Source: Candidatus Iainarchaeum sp. (lineage in GTDB: Archaea > Iainarchaeota > Iainarchaeia > Iainarchaeales > 0-14-0-20-34-12). Taken from it: a DNA stretch of 32,000 nt. The translations under genes were made by a program, and so were the position numbers. Position 1 is the stretch's first letter. Every line of letters starts with the position of its first letter. Under the pieces are notes generated by a model. That model was not told the origin of the DNA and made no database searches. It was given only the letters and a program-made list of their open reading frames with translations. Positions 30,270 to 32,000 of this stretch are shown here, piece after piece. The stretch is from assembly GCA_030649345.1 (NCBI GenBank), contig JAUSKK010000038.1, forward strand, positions 30,001 through 62,000. Reading direction: 5' to 3'.

Positions 30270-30515
30270 ATGAAAGGCAGTGTGATTACTATTGCAATTA
30301 GCAAAGAGAGTGAGAAATTGTTGAGAACATTGGCCAGTGAAGAATTTGGCCATGAAAAAGGTGCATTGGGTAAAACAGTAAGTATGGCTATTCATTCTTT
30401 GATGGAAAAGAAAAAAAGAAAAATTGCTTCGGATGCACTTTTGGCTGATATGGCAAAAGGTTTTCATGGCGGTGGATTTAATGGGTGGAAAAATCGAAAT
30501 GAAATTTACGACTAA
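30270..30515 (+). CDS. vapB: VapB-like antitoxin (ribbon-helix-helix-like N-terminus)
   Basis: 81 aa beginning 'GSVITIAISKESEKLLRTLA...GALGKTVSMAIHSLME' (strand-helix-helix pattern). 'aaggtgg' lies 4 nt upstream. The 3' end overlaps the PIN gene. Confidence 0.65.
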   Translation: MKGSVITIAISKESEKLLRTLASEEFGHEKGALGKTVSMAIHSLMEKKKRKIASDALLADMAKGFHGGGFNGWKNRNEIYD

Positions 30516-30933
30516 AGTTTTGTTAGATACCAATATTTTGATATATGCTTACGAACAAGATAACCTGGTAAAATGTTCAATTGCCCGCAAGTGTATTGAA
30601 GAAATATCCAGCACAAATGAAATGATTTTATCTATTCAAAATTTGGCTGAGTTTTCCCGGGTTGCTAAAGAAAAACTTAAAAGTCCTCTTTCTTCTTCTG
30701 AAATAAAGTCTCATTTAAAGATCTTTGAAAAAAGTTTTACAATTATTTATTATTCGTCCAGTTCTATTGAAGTTGCGCTTGAACTCGTGGACAAGTACGG
30801 AATCCATTTTTTTGATGCTTTATTAACTGCAACGATGAAAGAAAATGGAATTAACACAATCTTAACTGAAAATGAAAAAGATTTTAACAAAATTCCTTGG
30901 CTGAACGTAGTTAATCCGTTTAAGCGTGCATAG
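30499..30933 (+). CDS. vapC: PIN-domain ribonuclease toxin (VapC)
   Basis: 'MKFTTKVLLDTNILIYAY' is followed by the conserved acidic positions 'LAEF', 'FFDALL' and 'TENEKDF'. I chose the start at ATG 30499, with 30481 as an alternative. It overlaps vapB by 17 nt. Confidence 0.85.
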   Translation: MKFTTKVLLDTNILIYAYEQDNLVKCSIARKCIEEISSTNEMILSIQNLAEFSRVAKEKLKSPLSSSEIKSHLKIFEKSFTIIYYSSSSIEVALELVDKYGIHFFDALLTATMKENGINTILTENEKDFNKIPWLNVVNPFKRA

Positions 30934-30964
30934 TCTTTTTATAGTTCAAATTCATTCTTTTATT

Positions 30965-31570
30965 ATGCCTATTCCATCTAAGCGAATTCAAATATTGCTA
31001 GCTACTCCAGATTCTAAGCTTTCTGAATTTGAATTAAAAGTAAAAAAAGCGCAATTGGATGCTTTAACTCGTTTGGCCGAACATCGCATTCATAAACGGC
31101 CTTTTTTTCAAGGAAAGTCTCTTGCAGATTTTTCAGTAATGCATACGCCTGAATTTGAGAAAGATTCTTTACTATTTTTTTCTGCCCAAATAGCTATGGT
31201 TCATGCAATGCATTGGTATTCGGATAACGGAAAAAAGCTTTTGACTATGGATCATTTTCGCGATTTATTTGCTTTTGCAGCTCACGCCTATCATCCTGCT
31301 TTGGTGGAAGTTTTTCCGCGAAGATTTTTACGGTATGCTGAAGAGAATAATTTAAAGGTTCTTCCGTTGAAGCGTTTGCAAATCATGGCTGCGCGAGGTT
31401 TAACGCGAGAACTTTCCGGACTATTAGCTCATGCTGCTGGATTAAATCCACGAGATGTTTTATTTAGGTTTACTGGGTTTCCTTCAATTATTCATTCTCC
31501 GGGCACGCGTAAGTCTAGAGTAAAACTTAAACCTAGAATAAATTTACGGAAAAAGCCTAAGCCAAAATAA
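30965..31570 (+). CDS. orphan helical protein with basic C-terminal tail (tandem paralogue 1)
   Basis: I prefer the ATG at 30965 ('MPIPSKRIQILLATPDSKL'). The GTG at 30926 would overlap the vapC stop. It ends 'TRKSRVKLKPRINLRKKPKPK' and shares motifs with the next ORF. Confidence 0.6.
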   Translation: MPIPSKRIQILLATPDSKLSEFELKVKKAQLDALTRLAEHRIHKRPFFQGKSLADFSVMHTPEFEKDSLLFFSAQIAMVHAMHWYSDNGKKLLTMDHFRDLFAFAAHAYHPALVEVFPRRFLRYAEENNLKVLPLKRLQIMAARGLTRELSGLLAHAAGLNPRDVLFRFTGFPSIIHSPGTRKSRVKLKPRINLRKKPKPK

Positions 31571-31610
31571 TTTCAGAAGATTTAAATTGAAGTTTGATGT
31601 ATTCTTTTAA

Positions 31611-32000
31611 ATGCCGGATTCTTTTATTCCTTTAGCTCAGTTGTTGAAAACGCCTGATCGTGATTTGGAGCCTTTGGCTGTTGTAGCCAAGCATTCTCAA
31701 TTTCAATTATTCACTGCTTTGAAGTTATTTCGCACAGGTAACTTGAACGGAAGTATTGGAAAAGGAAAGCAAAGAATTCCTTCCAATGCTGAATTATTTG
31801 TTTTAGAAAGCAGATTAAACATAATTGCTGAAGATGCTTTGGCTTCTGTTTTATTGTGGCGAACCAATAATGGAAGAAAAGTTTTGGAAACACGAGTAGC
31901 TCAAGATTTAATTTTGTTTGCAAAATCCAAATATCCTTTGGGTTTTGTTCAAAAACTAGCCAGGCATTTTGAGCATGCAATTGAAAAACACGAAATTGCT
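31611..32000 (+). CDS. orphan protein, tandem paralogue 2 (3' end outside window; not in ORF track)
   Basis: My own translation from ATG 31611 is open for 130 codons to the window end: 'MPDSFIPLAQLLKTPDRDLEPLAVVAKHSQFQLF...LLWRTNNGRKVLETRVAQDLILFAKSKYPLGFVQKLARHFEHAIEKHEIA'. It aligns with ORF 30965-31570 ('LLATPD', 'WYSDNGKKLLT'). Confidence 0.6.
   Translation, partial: MPDSFIPLAQLLKTPDRDLEPLAVVAKHSQFQLFTALKLFRTGNLNGSIGKGKQRIPSNAELFVLESRLNIIAEDALASVLLWRTNNGRKVLETRVAQDLILFAKSKYPLGFVQKLARHFEHAIEKHEIA

Noticed and set aside
30219-30533. 104-aa minus-strand ORF overlapping vapB
   Set aside because: It is antisense to a well-formed vapB-vapC pair with an SD site and the typical overlap. The composition is shadow-like (Phe/Cys/His-rich) and there is no promoter geometry.
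31711-31980. 89-aa minus-strand ORF from the track
   Set aside because: It lies entirely antisense to a longer + strand frame (31611 to the window end). That + strand frame is paralogous to the preceding gene and follows it in the same orientation. The minus ORF has low-complexity, Phe/Leu/Gln-rich shadow composition.
1-32000. Search for CRISPR arrays, tRNA/rRNA genes or GC-rich structured ncRNAs in intergenic regions
   Set aside because: I saw no direct-repeat/spacer periodicity. All intergenic gaps are short (mostly under 130 nt) and very AT-rich, with no cloverleaf-like or GC-rich segments. I cannot rule out small ncRNAs without covariance-model scans.

Overview
This is an AT-rich, densely coding chromosomal segment of about 40 genes with no rRNA, tRNA or CRISPR. 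It reads as archaeal, probably from a small-genome DPANN-like lineage. That is an inference from an archaeal/eukaryal-type DRG GTPase, an archaeal/eukaryal TyrRS, a RibL-type FAD synthetase, an Mtq2/HemK-like methylase, and A/T boxes centred about 26-27 nt upstream of many start codons. Recognisable content falls into several groups. Folate one-carbon and purine genes: glyA, folD, purN, purH, 5-formyl-THF cyclo-ligase, purA, guaB. Flavin genes: ribBA and ribL. Also present are tyrS, a CYTH protein and a VapBC toxin-antitoxin pair. A RimK-type ATP-grasp pair (one member looks catalytically dead) sits next to a retropepsin-like protease. A large NosD/beta-helix surface protein is followed by a Yip1-like / DUF4430 / membrane-protein trio. 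Two paralogous lipoprotein-like secreted proteins flank purA. The most unusual feature is that about a third of the genes (13 ORFs) are unassignable, Arg-rich proteins. Most have basic Arg/Lys/Pro tails and helix-turn-helix-like segments. They sit singly or in pairs between nearly all the housekeeping genes, and one is translationally coupled inside purN-purH. Several share motifs, which suggests an expanded lineage-specific family. I could not identify a known defence or mobile system. The orphan ensemble is my best candidate for something undescribed, and its function is inference only.
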